A stretch of 33,895 nt of DNA from Bacteroidota bacterium. GTDB taxonomy: Bacteria; Bacteroidota; Bacteroidia; Bacteroidales; VadinHA17. The stretch lies in NCBI GenBank assembly GCA_030613125.1, contig JAUWMO010000003.1:1-33895 (forward strand), read 5' to 3'. This document shows positions 15,340-24,920 of the stretch, piece by piece. Below the pieces are notes generated by a model. The model was not told the DNA's origin and made no database searches. It saw only the letters and a program-made list of their open reading frames with translations. The position numbers and the translations under genes were made by a program. The first letter of the stretch is position 1. Each line of letters begins with the position of its first letter.

Positions 15340-18297
15340 AATTTTTAAAGTTATTTTATCCAGATATTCCGGTTGAAGAGATATATTCTTCATATAATTT
15401 CCCCACAGTAAACTGGAATAATCCCATAAACTATTGATATACAAAACAGAACCTCTCTCATTTAAATTAAACCGGCAGGCTTTAGTCCCCTTGTCCAGTA
15501 CACCTAACTGGTTGTTGGCCAGGGTAATTAAAGTGTACGAATAAATGTATTCTTTCAACGAACGGGCAATATTGCTCAAAGGTAATTCCTTTTCCATGCC
15601 ATGGTAATAAAAATTTTTGTTATCAAATTCCCATGCGTGCTCCGGATATTCCCTGTATTTCATCTGAACCTTGTAAGTAATATCTATATCACCTTCAGGC
15701 ACGCCCAGGTGCATTGCCGGGTAAGCCGTCCAGTATGCATCCCTCTTCCACGCCAGCTTTTTAAAAGCCGGTCCGGTGAGGAATTTTATTCCCAACTCCT
15801 GTACTTTTTTACCTCCCGGAGCTCCTTGCAGGCTGTACTGAATTTGAATGGTTCCATTATCGTCTATAACGAGATGATAATCCACTGCAATTTTTCCGTA
15901 CTTTCCTTTTATAAAAATATTAGCGATACCCTCCTTAATTTCGTATTTTACATCATCCGGATGCCAGTTTGTTCCCAGGTCATCCATCGAAATGGTGGAA
16001 TAATACGGACGAGTACCCGGGACTTTCAGGTTCAACCAGGGTCCTGATTTAATCAGTGTGTCTGTACCAATACAAAAATCATTGATCAAACCACTTTGCT
16101 TGTTGAGAATAAAAGTAAATGCCTTACCTGTGAAAAGCACTATAGAATCATTATCTGAAACTACCATTCTACCGGGCTGGCAAACAGGTAATTCCATTTT
16201 TTTGGCTCCCAGGCATAAATTGTACTCATCAACCAGGCAGGTATCGTTCCGGTAAAATTGAAGTTTGATGTTCTCACCATTTTGCCAGTCGTTCCCGGCA
16301 ATGTTAATGGTTCCCTTTTGGTGTGGTGGAATACTCGTCTTTTTCATTATGCCTGTTTGATCCCGATACCACCATTTTATGCTTAACTCGTTAAGGTCTG
16401 TATGGTCGAACCTGTTATGCACCGGTATACTTATTGTTGCTCCTGGATGAAAATCTTCTATTGTTTTAGTGAGGACCCTGACAGGGGAATAAGCTTTTTT
16501 AGTATTCCAGAATTCCGGTTTCTTACGCCTCCAGGTATCGATGATACCCCATTCGCCATAACCTACACAATGTCCTTCGTAAATCGCAGGCAACACATTT
16601 TTGTCCATCTTACCCCACCAGTCGGTAAAGCCTGACAGTGTATCCGGGAGCATAAAGGTTTCATCAATATAACCCCAGATTGCTCCACCAAGACCCCCTT
16701 TAGATTCAAAAATATTTATCCACATACTGTCGAGGCTTTGTCCCCAAAAATTTCTGACATTCGGGTCAAGTTTTAAGGTTGGTTTATTGTAGCAGGCCAC
16801 ATGTGCCCATTCGTCATACAGGGCCGGCATGTCATCATATTCAAAACCTTTTGTGGATAGGCCCCATTGGCTCAAATCACCGCTTACAGGAGGATAATGC
16901 ATGCTTAAGATTTCAAAGCACTTTACAGTATCAGGAACATTTCCCGGATAACTGAACATAACAGGACGGGTTGGGTCAGTTCTTTTAACGAATTCATATG
17001 CCAGTTTAAAATTCCCGTCATACATATTCTCATTACCAACCGACCAGATAATAACTGACGGATGGTTTCGGTGATAATGCAACATTTCCTCAACCTGTGA
17101 AAGGTGTTGATCAATAAACTCAGGGCCTGACTGTTTTACTGAGCTATAATCTTTTGTTCTGTGCGTGTTTACAAAGCAAACGGCTGATTCATCTTCAACG
17201 TAAATACCAAATTCATCACAATAAGCCAGAAAAGTTTCTGATGGAGGATAATGAGAAGTACGGATAAAATTCATATTGGCTTCTTTGGCGAGCAATACGT
17301 CCTTCTTATCGTATTTAGGTGTGGTTGTCCTTCCCAGGAGCGGATGAATATCATGACGGCAGGCGCCCCGGAGTTTCACAGGGCTTCCGTTCACAAAAAG
17401 CTTATTATCTTTTACTTCCACTTCCCTGAAACCGATTTTTTGCGTTTTAGAATACAAGCTTTTACCGACAGGGTCAGACAATTCGGCGACGAGGGTATAA
17501 AGCCTGGGATGTTCGGCGTCCCACTTAAAGGGCTTCGACACAGAAATGGTAATGGTTTGTTTTTCCCCTGTAAGTTCAAATCGACTTTTCGCCAGGCTGA
17601 CTTTCCTGCCTGCCGGATCGTACAACCTGAAAATAAGTGAAGTATTTGTCTGAATAGCAGGCTGAACCTGAATAATCAGATTTGCATCCTGGTAGCTTTC
17701 ATCCAGATCAGTTTCTACATATAAATAATTTAAATGATTTTCAGGCAAAGCCATCAACCAAACGCTCCGTAAAATTCCCCCTATCTGGTGTTTTGCATAA
17801 CCACTGCCATAGGAAATTTCATCTCTTTTATCTGTGATCTCAACTGTGAGTTCTGCTAATTCACCAGGATTTACAAAATCGGTGATGTTACATTCCCAGG
17901 CTGTAAATCCTCCGTAATGCTCACGTACAAAATGACCGTTCACCCAAACACGGGTGTAGCTGTAAACACCATCGAACTTAAGTTTAACAACTTTGTTTTT
18001 GTAATCAGCCGGGATACTGATGGTTGTTTTGTAGGCATACGGAACATCATGTTTGATGGCAAAGCCCTGCATGGCACATTCGCCCGGCACCTGGATATCC
18101 TGCCAGTTTTCGGCTGAAACCTCGTATTTCCAGAACTCTTCAGGCGGATTCATAGAGAATTTCCAGTAACCATTCAAAGATATCAAAGGATTTGTCGTAC
18201 CGTACACCTTTAATCCTTCCTTACTATCATGATTTATCCTGCCACATCCCAATAAAAAAAAAGCTATAAGTAAAACAAAGCCAAATGTCGTTTTCAC
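15292..18297 (-). CDS. Glycoside hydrolase family 2 (beta-galactosidase-like) lipoprotein
   Basis: GTG start, lipobox LLGC. SLNGYWKF, FDGVYS, W.AEHPRLY, IGFREVEV, LRGACRHD, IRTSHYPP, NHPSVIIWSVGNE (acid/base) and DEWAH (nucleophile position). Confidence 0.9.
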   Translation of the reverse strand: MKTTFGFVLLIAFFLLGCGRINHDSKEGLKVYGTTNPLISLNGYWKFSMNPPEEFWKYEVSAENWQDIQVPGECAMQGFAIKHDVPYAYKTTISIPADYKNKVVKLKFDGVYSYTRVWVNGHFVREHYGGFTAWECNITDFVNPGELAELTVEITDKRDEISYGSGYAKHQIGGILRSVWLMALPENHLNYLYVETDLDESYQDANLIIQVQPAIQTNTSLIFRLYDPAGRKVSLAKSRFELTGEKQTITISVSKPFKWDAEHPRLYTLVAELSDPVGKSLYSKTQKIGFREVEVKDNKLFVNGSPVKLRGACRHDIHPLLGRTTTPKYDKKDVLLAKEANMNFIRTSHYPPSETFLAYCDEFGIYVEDESAVCFVNTHRTKDYSSVKQSGPEFIDQHLSQVEEMLHYHRNHPSVIIWSVGNENMYDGNFKLAYEFVKRTDPTRPVMFSYPGNVPDTVKCFEILSMHYPPVSGDLSQWGLSTKGFEYDDMPALYDEWAHVACYNKPTLKLDPNVRNFWGQSLDSMWINIFESKGGLGGAIWGYIDETFMLPDTLSGFTDWWGKMDKNVLPAIYEGHCVGYGEWGIIDTWRRKKPEFWNTKKAYSPVRVLTKTIEDFHPGATISIPVHNRFDHTDLNELSIKWWYRDQTGIMKKTSIPPHQKGTINIAGNDWQNGENIKLQFYRNDTCLVDEYNLCLGAKKMELPVCQPGRMVVSDNDSIVLFTGKAFTFILNKQSGLINDFCIGTDTLIKSGPWLNLKVPGTRPYYSTISMDDLGTNWHPDDVKYEIKEGIANIFIKGKYGKIAVDYHLVIDDNGTIQIQYSLQGAPGGKKVQELGIKFLTGPAFKKLAWKRDAYWTAYPAMHLGVPEGDIDITYKVQMKYREYPEHAWEFDNKNFYYHGMEKELPLSNIARSLKEYIYSYTLITLANNQLGVLDKGTKACRFNLNERGSVLYINSLWDYSSLLWGNYMKNISLQPEYLDKITLKIESSPKSQKKKMPLKH

Positions 18298-18348
18298 TAG
18301 ATTAGATTTTTTTAAACAATAATTAACCCGGGTTCAACTTCAGATGAA

Positions 18349-18376
18349 CAAATATATATCTAATTACACAAACTTA
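18349..18376 (-). promoter_or_regulatory. Two candidate -7 boxes for the GH2 gene
   Basis: caaatata (18349-18356) and caaactta (18369-18376) read TATATTTG and TAAGTTTG on the - strand. Confidence 0.35.
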
Positions 18377-18461
18377 ATTAACGTGAGTTCGATATATTAA
18401 ATATTGATAAACATTAAATTCAACTGCATTATTCAGAAAATATTGGTAATGTAAAAAATAT

Positions 18462-18469
18462 TAACTTTG
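18462..18469 (+). promoter_or_regulatory. -7 promoter box (TAACTTTG) for the MNT-HEPN pair
   Basis: Exact TAnnTTTG, 18 bp before ATG 18488. Confidence 0.5.
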
Positions 18470-18487
18470 TAATGAGAGGATAGTAAG

Positions 18488-18796
18488 ATGACAAAAGAAG
18501 AACTGTTACATAATGTTAAACAAACCGTGCTTGCATTTGATAAAAATGCAACGGTAATTTTATTTGGGTCACGGGCACGTGGAGATTATAGTGATTTATC
18601 AGATTGGGATTTCTTATTATTATTTAATCATGATGTAGATTCCCGTCTGATGCGTAAAGTTCGTGATAAGCTATTTGAAACAGAATTGGAAAGTGATCAG
18701 ATATTTAGTTCAATAATCCACTCGAAGTTTCAATGGGAAGCTATGAAAATAACCCCTTTTTATAAGAATGTGATCAAAGAGGGTATCAGGATATGA
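18488..18796 (+). CDS. Minimal nucleotidyltransferase (MNT) antitoxin
   Basis: VILFGSRARGD…SDWDFLLL (GS-x10-DxD) motif; C-terminal PFYKNVIKEGI; 102 aa. Confidence 0.9.
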   Translation: MTKEELLHNVKQTVLAFDKNATVILFGSRARGDYSDLSDWDFLLLFNHDVDSRLMRKVRDKLFETELESDQIFSSIIHSKFQWEAMKITPFYKNVIKEGIRI

Positions 18797-19176
18797 CGTA
18801 TTCTAATGAAGATCTTATAGAATATAGAAAAAGGAGAGCCTTTGAAAGTTTTGAAGAGGCAAAACTATTAGCAGAGAAGGACCATTGGAATACTGTAACC
18901 AATAGATTATACTATTCATGTTTTTACATTCTTACTGCTCTTTTTGCTAAAGACTCCATAAATACTTCAACTCATAACGGTGTTAAATCTGAGTTTCATA
19001 GAAGATATATTAAAACCGGTCTTATAGATCCAAAATTCGGTAAAACATATAACGACCTGTTCAACAGAAGACAAATTGGTGATTATGAGGATTTTCAAAC
19101 TTTTACTGAAGATGATATAAAATCTCTGATATCTGAAACAGAAATTCTTCTTAATAAAATCGACACATTACTATAA
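18793..19176 (+). CDS. HEPN-domain protein (UPF0332-type), partner of MNT
   Basis: ATGA overlap with MNT stop; NRLYYSCF, STHNGV and LFNRRQIGDY (R-x4-Y variant) motifs. Confidence 0.85.
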   Translation: MTYSNEDLIEYRKRRAFESFEEAKLLAEKDHWNTVTNRLYYSCFYILTALFAKDSINTSTHNGVKSEFHRRYIKTGLIDPKFGKTYNDLFNRRQIGDYEDFQTFTEDDIKSLISETEILLNKIDTLL

Positions 19177-19181
19177 AAACT

Positions 19182-19248
19182 TTGCCAATCGGCTAGTATA
19201 TGAAGCGTACGGAGCGATAGCGGAACGATTTCATATACATTGTTAACT
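19182..19248 (+). other. attC-like imperfect palindrome after the TA pair
   Basis: Starts 5 bp after the stop: TTGCCAATC…GTATATGAA (19196-19204)…TTCATATAC (19230-19238)…GTTAACT (19242-19248). Confidence 0.45.
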
Positions 19249-19316
19249 TCTGATATTCTAGTATTCTTTTAATTTGATTTAAGAACAAATCCTTTTGTTT
19301 TCTTGCTTGAAACTAA

Positions 19317-21815
19317 CTATATATCCAGCCTTACCAGCGTAATACCTGCCCCGCCCCTGTCGGGGTGCTCATCATGATATGAATGGACAATATCCATGGC
19401 TGAAAGAAATTCCCGGATCATCTGCCTTAATATTCCGTTTCCCTTACCATGAAGGATACTCAGGTCTTTTGACTCTACCATAACTGCATCATCAATAAAG
19501 TCCTGAACCATTTGCAGGGCTTCGTCAGCCCTTTTACCCCGTACATCAAGATTGGGATGAAAACTGAGGCGTCGTTTGTATAGCCCGGTAGCAATGAGAT
19601 CAGAAGGTTGCGGGTTCCGCGTAAGATCTTTAAACTCTGACTTGCCAATCTTTTTGATCTTTTCCCCGGGAAGGGTTGTAGTCATATGCCCAAATGCAAC
19701 AATGTAGTTTTTACCATGTGTTTCAAGTACTTCACCCACCATTTCCTGTCCTTCCAATTTTACCTTATCTCCTACCCTAATTGCCGGATCTTTTTCTATC
19801 TCCCCTGCCTTACGGATCTCTTCCTCCTCTCTCCTCACTTCATGATTTGCACTTTTAACTTTGACCTTTTTACTTTGATCGTTTAGCAGTCTGATCTTTT
19901 TTTCAATCCTGTCCTCATTATCGGATGTTCTCCCCTTCAAATTCTCTCTCGTTTTTTCCAGTTCTTTTCTTGCTCTTCTGGTCTGTTCTTTTTCTGCCTG
20001 CGTTTCTTTAATAACTCTGATCGTTTTTTCAATTTTCCTGTTCACGCCGCTTAATAACTCTTCTGCCTCCTTTTGGGCATTCTCAAGTATCTCTTTCTTC
20101 TGGCTTTTGATTAAGCTCAGTTCTCCGGCATATTTTTCAAGGATCTCTTCCAGTTTTTTTTCGGCTTTACGAATCCTGGACCGTTTATTTTCCCAATATT
20201 TTTTATCACGGGCAATCTCGCGCAGGTGCTTATCAAAATGAATATGTTCTTCACCAACTCCTTTGGTGGCATCTTTCAGTATATTCTCTGGTAATCCAAT
20301 TCCACGGGCAATTTCAAATGCAAAAGAGCTTCCGGGTTTACCAATAAACAATTTATACAAGGGTTTCATCATTTGATGATCAAACAGCATGGCACCATTC
20401 TCAATACCATTAACTGAAGAAGCAAAATGTTTGAGATTTGAGTAATGGGTGGTGATAATCCCAAAAATGTTTTGTTCATTTAGTCTGCCCAGTATAGCCT
20501 GAGCAATTGCTCCTCCCAGCATAGGTTCAGTTCCTGTGCCAAATTCATCTATTAATATAAGTGTACTATCATCAGCATTCTTCAAAAAGTATTTCATATT
20601 CAACAGATGTGAACTGTAAGTGCTCAAATCATTTTCAATGGATTGTTCATCACCAAAATCCAGGAAAATCTTATTAAATACGCCAAATCTGGAATTCTCA
20701 TTAACAGGGACAGGTAGTCCGCACTGGAACATATACTGCAGTAAACCGACTGTCTGTAGGCAAACCGATTTACCTCCGGCATTTGGCCCTGAGATAAGCA
20801 GAATATGCTTTTCTTCACTTAACCGGATATCAAGTGGGACAACTTCTTTCCCTGATTCGATAAAATTCAGGTAAAGTATTGGGTGAACAGCTTTTTCCCA
20901 TTCTATTGCAGGATTATCTTCTATTCCCGGTATTACCGCCTTGAACTTCCGGGCCATTATAGCTTTTGACCGGATAAAATCAATGACCCCAAGGAATAGA
21001 AAAGAAGCATTGATCTCATCAAGGTATGGCCGGATTGAGTCAGCAAAAGAAGTAAGTATTCTAATGATCTCTCTTTTCTCTGCATATTCCAGTTCTTTTA
21101 TCTCATTATTCATTTCCACTATTTCAGCCGGTTCAACAAAGGATGTTTTACCTGAAGCTGACTCATCATGGACTAATCCCCCAATTTTTCTTTTATCAGA
21201 TGAACGTAATGGGATTACCATCCTGCCATTACGCATTGTAAGTTCCGTACCATCCTCTACCAGACCTTGTTCTCTTGCCCTCTTCAGGATAGAATGCATC
21301 CGGGAAGAGACCTTTGCCGATCTTTCTTTCAGGCTTTTCCTTAAACGTCCCAGATCAGGCGATGCATTATCCTTTATTTTTCCCTTGCTGGTAATTATCC
21401 TGTTAACTGACTCAAGAATAAAGGGATACACATTTACTTCTTTCGTCATTTTTTTTAACACCGGATATTTATCTCCTTCTTCACCTTTGAAAAATACCAG
21501 TACTGATCTTATAACTTCCTGAGATAACTTAAGTTCAAACAGTTCATGGACTTCCAAAAAAGTTCCTTCAATGTGTATCTTTTTCATAACTGCAGTCAGG
21601 TCATAATAATTGTCAACAGGGAACACCCTGTCAGAATTCAGGATCTCAAGAAATTCGGAGGTCTGTCTGTGTAAAATTTTAATTTCCCGGGTATCTGTAA
21701 TAAAATGCATTGACCTTACCTGTTCCCGGCCTAATTCAAAAAGGCAGGATCCGTCTAATATTTCCCTGATCCGGTTAAATCCTATTTTATTTTCAAAATT
21801 ATCGGGATAAATCAC
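19317..21815 (-). CDS. mutS2: Endonuclease MutS2 (Smr domain)
   Basis: GLVHDESASGKTSFVEP, Walker A GPNAGGKS, DEQSIENDLSTYSSH, LIDEFGTGTEP, GKPGSSFAFEIA, coiled coil, and C-terminal Smr LDVRGKRADEA…ILHGKGNG. Confidence 0.95.
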   Translation of the reverse strand: MIYPDNFENKIGFNRIREILDGSCLFELGREQVRSMHFITDTREIKILHRQTSEFLEILNSDRVFPVDNYYDLTAVMKKIHIEGTFLEVHELFELKLSQEVIRSVLVFFKGEEGDKYPVLKKMTKEVNVYPFILESVNRIITSKGKIKDNASPDLGRLRKSLKERSAKVSSRMHSILKRAREQGLVEDGTELTMRNGRMVIPLRSSDKRKIGGLVHDESASGKTSFVEPAEIVEMNNEIKELEYAEKREIIRILTSFADSIRPYLDEINASFLFLGVIDFIRSKAIMARKFKAVIPGIEDNPAIEWEKAVHPILYLNFIESGKEVVPLDIRLSEEKHILLISGPNAGGKSVCLQTVGLLQYMFQCGLPVPVNENSRFGVFNKIFLDFGDEQSIENDLSTYSSHLLNMKYFLKNADDSTLILIDEFGTGTEPMLGGAIAQAILGRLNEQNIFGIITTHYSNLKHFASSVNGIENGAMLFDHQMMKPLYKLFIGKPGSSFAFEIARGIGLPENILKDATKGVGEEHIHFDKHLREIARDKKYWENKRSRIRKAEKKLEEILEKYAGELSLIKSQKKEILENAQKEAEELLSGVNRKIEKTIRVIKETQAEKEQTRRARKELEKTRENLKGRTSDNEDRIEKKIRLLNDQSKKVKVKSANHEVRREEEEIRKAGEIEKDPAIRVGDKVKLEGQEMVGEVLETHGKNYIVAFGHMTTTLPGEKIKKIGKSEFKDLTRNPQPSDLIATGLYKRRLSFHPNLDVRGKRADEALQMVQDFIDDAVMVESKDLSILHGKGNGILRQMIREFLSAMDIVHSYHDEHPDRGGAGITLVRLDI

Positions 21816-21844
21816 ATGGATTGGTATTACAAAAACCTTTCCTG

Positions 21845-21852
21845 CAAAATTA
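21845..21852 (-). promoter_or_regulatory. -7 promoter box (TAATTTTG) for mutS2
   Basis: caaaatta reverse-complements to TAnnTTTG, ~30 bp upstream of the GTG start. Confidence 0.5.
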
Positions 21853-21972
21853 GTAAAAGTAATTACAACTCTTTTGATCAGGGAATCTCAGAATTATAGC
21901 CTTAATAATTGCACTTCAGGTTATTTCTTCATAAATTAGCTAACAAAAACGAATCTGACTTTTTACTATTTA

Positions 21973-23611
21973 GAGTCTGTCTATAAACTATAAATTGTTG
22001 ATAATTAGGATAAAAAGTCCATTGCTACAACAAAATTCCTTTGTAAATTACTAAAAAAAAAGGAATGAAACTATTTGAAGATTTTAAGATTAAGTTCGAA
22101 AGGCCTGATTGGTCAAGGAATCTGGAGTTAGGATTAATTGACACCATCTTAGAACAGCATCCTCACCTTATCACCTTATTGGAAGAAGACATAACCAGGG
22201 GGCAGAAATCAAGTGTATTTGGCAGGAAAGACACTCCAAGTGTTGAACAAATAGTGCGTGCTGCTATTTACAAGGAATTAAAAGGGTTGGAATATAGGGA
22301 ATTAGAATATCATCAGACAGACTCGAGGATATGTGCGACGTTTATAAAGATAGATGATTTGCGACCATATAGTTTTCAGGTTTATCATAAATACATCTCT
22401 CAAATATCGTCGGACAACTTGCAGAAATTGTTGGTAGAACTCAACAAGATAGCCATAAATGAAGGATTGGAAGATATAGAAAAGCTCAGGCAAGACAGTA
22501 CCATTGTGGAGACGAACATACATTACCCGACCAACAACTCAATACTTTGGGATTGTATCAAAGAAGCCCACCGGTTATTAGGGCATTTGAGCGAAGAGAT
22601 TAACACGTTTAGTTACCGCGATTATACTACACAGGCTAAAAAGACATATTACAAGATCAACATTATAAAAGGGCAGGATAAACGAGTAGAGTTGTTCCGT
22701 AAGCAGTTGGTACTATTTGTAAAGACCATCAACCAGGTATCGAACGTGATAAAAAAAAATCCATTCTGCGGCATTGAAGCCATGGCGCTTATATTACAAC
22801 TTGAAAGGCACCTTGAAGTGATGAATTTGGTGTATGATATGGTTTACCTTAAGGAAATAAAAGGAGAAAAGGTGCCCAATGAGTCAAAAATATATTCGAT
22901 ATACGAACAACATACAGATATAATCGTGAAAGGGGGCCGCGAAGTAAAGTTCGGACATAAGGTTGACCTATGTAGTGGCAAAAGCAACCTGGTACTTAAC
23001 TGCCAAGTGTTGCGGGGCAATCCGTCCGATACAGAATTATTTGCACCGACCGTTGATGCCATCGTCGACAATTATTGCAAAGTACCAAGAGATTATGCAA
23101 CCGATGGCGGATATGCATCGTTGGTTAACCAAAACCATGCAAAAGAAAAAGGAATAACCAATATAGTGTTCAATAAAGTTGTGGGAAGCCTTCAAAACAT
23201 TGCTAGCAGCAAAAATATCGAAACACGGCTGAAAAAGTGGCGAAGCGGAATGGAAGCTGTCATTTCAAACATAAAACGGGGATATAATCTTGCCTGCTGC
23301 ACGTGGAAAGGTTGGGAACACTTTGTAGCTAAAGTATTATGGAGTATAATAGCATACAATATCAGGGTAATGACAACCCTGGTTGTCTCGCGGATCTAGG
23401 TCAAGAAAAGAAAAACTTACTAACCCCCTTAAAACTGTAAGGGGAACAGGATAAGTATGCACTAAAAGTTGAAATATGCAGTGTTTTAATAGAAATATTG
23501 AGTATCACTGACAGTATTGAGCAGTAAGAACAAAACAACGTATATTATTTAGAATGACTCTAAGTATTAAAGGGAAAATAATCCAATTTCATCGACTTTA
23601 TAGACAGACAC
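21973..23611 (+). mobile_element. Insertion sequence (~1639 bp), single DDE transposase, ISNCY/IS5-like
   Basis: TIRs GAGTCTGTCTATAAACT (21973-21989) and ACTTTATAGACAGACAC (23595-23611), 15/17 match. Duplication TATTTA at 21967-21972 and 23612-23617; ends are ambiguous by 1 bp because the target CTATTTAG is quasi-palindromic. Confidence 0.9.
22065..23399 (+). CDS. DDE transposase (444 aa)
   Basis: QDSTIVETNIHYPT (D1), IIVKGGREVKFGHKV, TDGGY (D2), WRSGMEAVISNIKR (E), IAYNI. Lies between the TIRs; frame intact. Confidence 0.92.
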   Translation: MKLFEDFKIKFERPDWSRNLELGLIDTILEQHPHLITLLEEDITRGQKSSVFGRKDTPSVEQIVRAAIYKELKGLEYRELEYHQTDSRICATFIKIDDLRPYSFQVYHKYISQISSDNLQKLLVELNKIAINEGLEDIEKLRQDSTIVETNIHYPTNNSILWDCIKEAHRLLGHLSEEINTFSYRDYTTQAKKTYYKINIIKGQDKRVELFRKQLVLFVKTINQVSNVIKKNPFCGIEAMALILQLERHLEVMNLVYDMVYLKEIKGEKVPNESKIYSIYEQHTDIIVKGGREVKFGHKVDLCSGKSNLVLNCQVLRGNPSDTELFAPTVDAIVDNYCKVPRDYATDGGYASLVNQNHAKEKGITNIVFNKVVGSLQNIASSKNIETRLKKWRSGMEAVISNIKRGYNLACCTWKGWEHFVAKVLWSIIAYNIRVMTTLVVSRI

Positions 23612-23666
23612 TATTTAGAGGAGTTGGGTCAGAGGGAATAAGTTTTATTTAATACATTCACTATCC

Positions 23667-24614
23667 ATGAAGCGGCGAAAATTCTTTGAAAAATCACTAA
23701 TTGGGGGAATGGCTTTGTCTGCCTTTCCTTTCCTTGGAAAAAGCAATCATCATTATCTCCCGTCCGAATTCCCCACACGAAAACTGGGTAAAACAGGTGA
23801 AAAGCTGTCAATTATCGGATTTGGCGGGATAATGGTAGCTAATACTGAGCAATCGAAGGCAAATAGTATGGTTGCCAGGGCATTTGAGATGGGAATTAAT
23901 TATTTTGATGTTGCACCTTCCTATGGTAATGCTGAGGACCAGTTAGGACCGGCACTGGAACCATACAGGAATAAAAGTTTTCTTGCTTGCAAGACTCTTG
24001 AACGTGATAAAGCAGGTGCAAAAAAAGAGATGGAGGAGTCACTAAAAAACCTAAAAACAGATTATTTTGATTTGTACCAGTTACATGCCCTTACAAAAAG
24101 AGATGATGTTGAAAAAGCTTTCGGACCTGACGGTGCCATGGAAACCTTTCTAAAAGCAAAGAAGGAAGGCAAAATCCGTTACATTGGGTTTTCTGCCCAT
24201 TCCCAGGAAGCTGCCCTGCTGGCAATGGAAAAATTTGATTTCGATACAATTCTGTTTCCAATAAATTTTGTATGCTGGCACCAGGGGAGTTTCGGACCGC
24301 AGGTAGTTAAAAAAGCCCGGGAAAAAGGAATGGGGATTCTGGCCCTGAAAAGTCTGGCCTTTACAAGAATTCCTGAAGGTGAGAAAAAACCTTATGAAAG
24401 GCTCTGGTATATTCCAATTGAAGACAAAAAAACTGCTGACCTGTCATTGCGGTTTACATTGTCACAGGGAGTCACTGCGGCAATTCCTCCGGGGGATCAC
24501 CAGTTCTGGGATATAGCCCTGAAAATTGCACAAAATTATACACCACCTGACCAGAAGGAACTTTCAGAATTAAAAGAAATATCATCAGGCATTGCACCCC
24601 TGTTTAAAGCCTGA
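23667..24614 (+). CDS. Aldo/keto reductase with Tat-like leader
   Basis: MKRRKFF leader; RKLGKTGEKLSIIGFGG, GINYFDVAPSYG, ACKT, DYFDLYQLH, GKIRYIGFSAH. Confidence 0.9.
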   Translation: MKRRKFFEKSLIGGMALSAFPFLGKSNHHYLPSEFPTRKLGKTGEKLSIIGFGGIMVANTEQSKANSMVARAFEMGINYFDVAPSYGNAEDQLGPALEPYRNKSFLACKTLERDKAGAKKEMEESLKNLKTDYFDLYQLHALTKRDDVEKAFGPDGAMETFLKAKKEGKIRYIGFSAHSQEAALLAMEKFDFDTILFPINFVCWHQGSFGPQVVKKAREKGMGILALKSLAFTRIPEGEKKPYERLWYIPIEDKKTADLSLRFTLSQGVTAAIPPGDHQFWDIALKIAQNYTPPDQKELSELKEISSGIAPLFKA

Positions 24615-24682
24615 TCAATAATATCCTTCGATAAAACAAGATTATTTTACTAAAATATTTTTAGGTTACTTTATTTTTTCTA

Positions 24683-24699
24683 ACTTTGTACTGCAAAGT
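24683..24699. promoter_or_regulatory. Palindromic operator ACTTTGTA-C-TGCAAAGT overlapping a TAACTTTG -7 box
   Basis: Inverted repeat with a near-identical second copy at 26189-26205; TAACTTTG at 24681-24688. Confidence 0.65.
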
Positions 24700-24920
24700 T
24701 CTTTTAATTTCAATAGTATTCTAATAACATGTTATTCAGAGTTGAATTTATGACTTAATCTTGATTTAAAATTTTCAAGGCATGAAACCCTCATCCTGCC
24801 AGGCCAAAACAAAAAAAAATGAGTAAATTTTATAAGGGTTCCACGGAAACAGAAATGATAAGTTTAAAATATAGAATGTAATTATCATATTTATAGTTGT
24901 TTAAATAAAGCTTTATACTT

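Noticed and set aside
18488-21815. MNT-HEPN plus MutS2 as a joint defence system
   Set aside because: Genes are convergent, mutS2 is a housekeeping gene with its own promoter box, and adjacency is better explained by insertion of the TA pair.
22751-22759. A9 run in the transposase as a programmed frameshift site
   Set aside because: The ORF reads through in frame to all DDE motifs, so no frameshift is needed.
24782-24826. 14-codon ORF and weak GAAACCCT/AGGGTTCC stem in the leader of the 24921 gene
   Set aside because: No recognisable riboswitch or attenuator features; could be chance.
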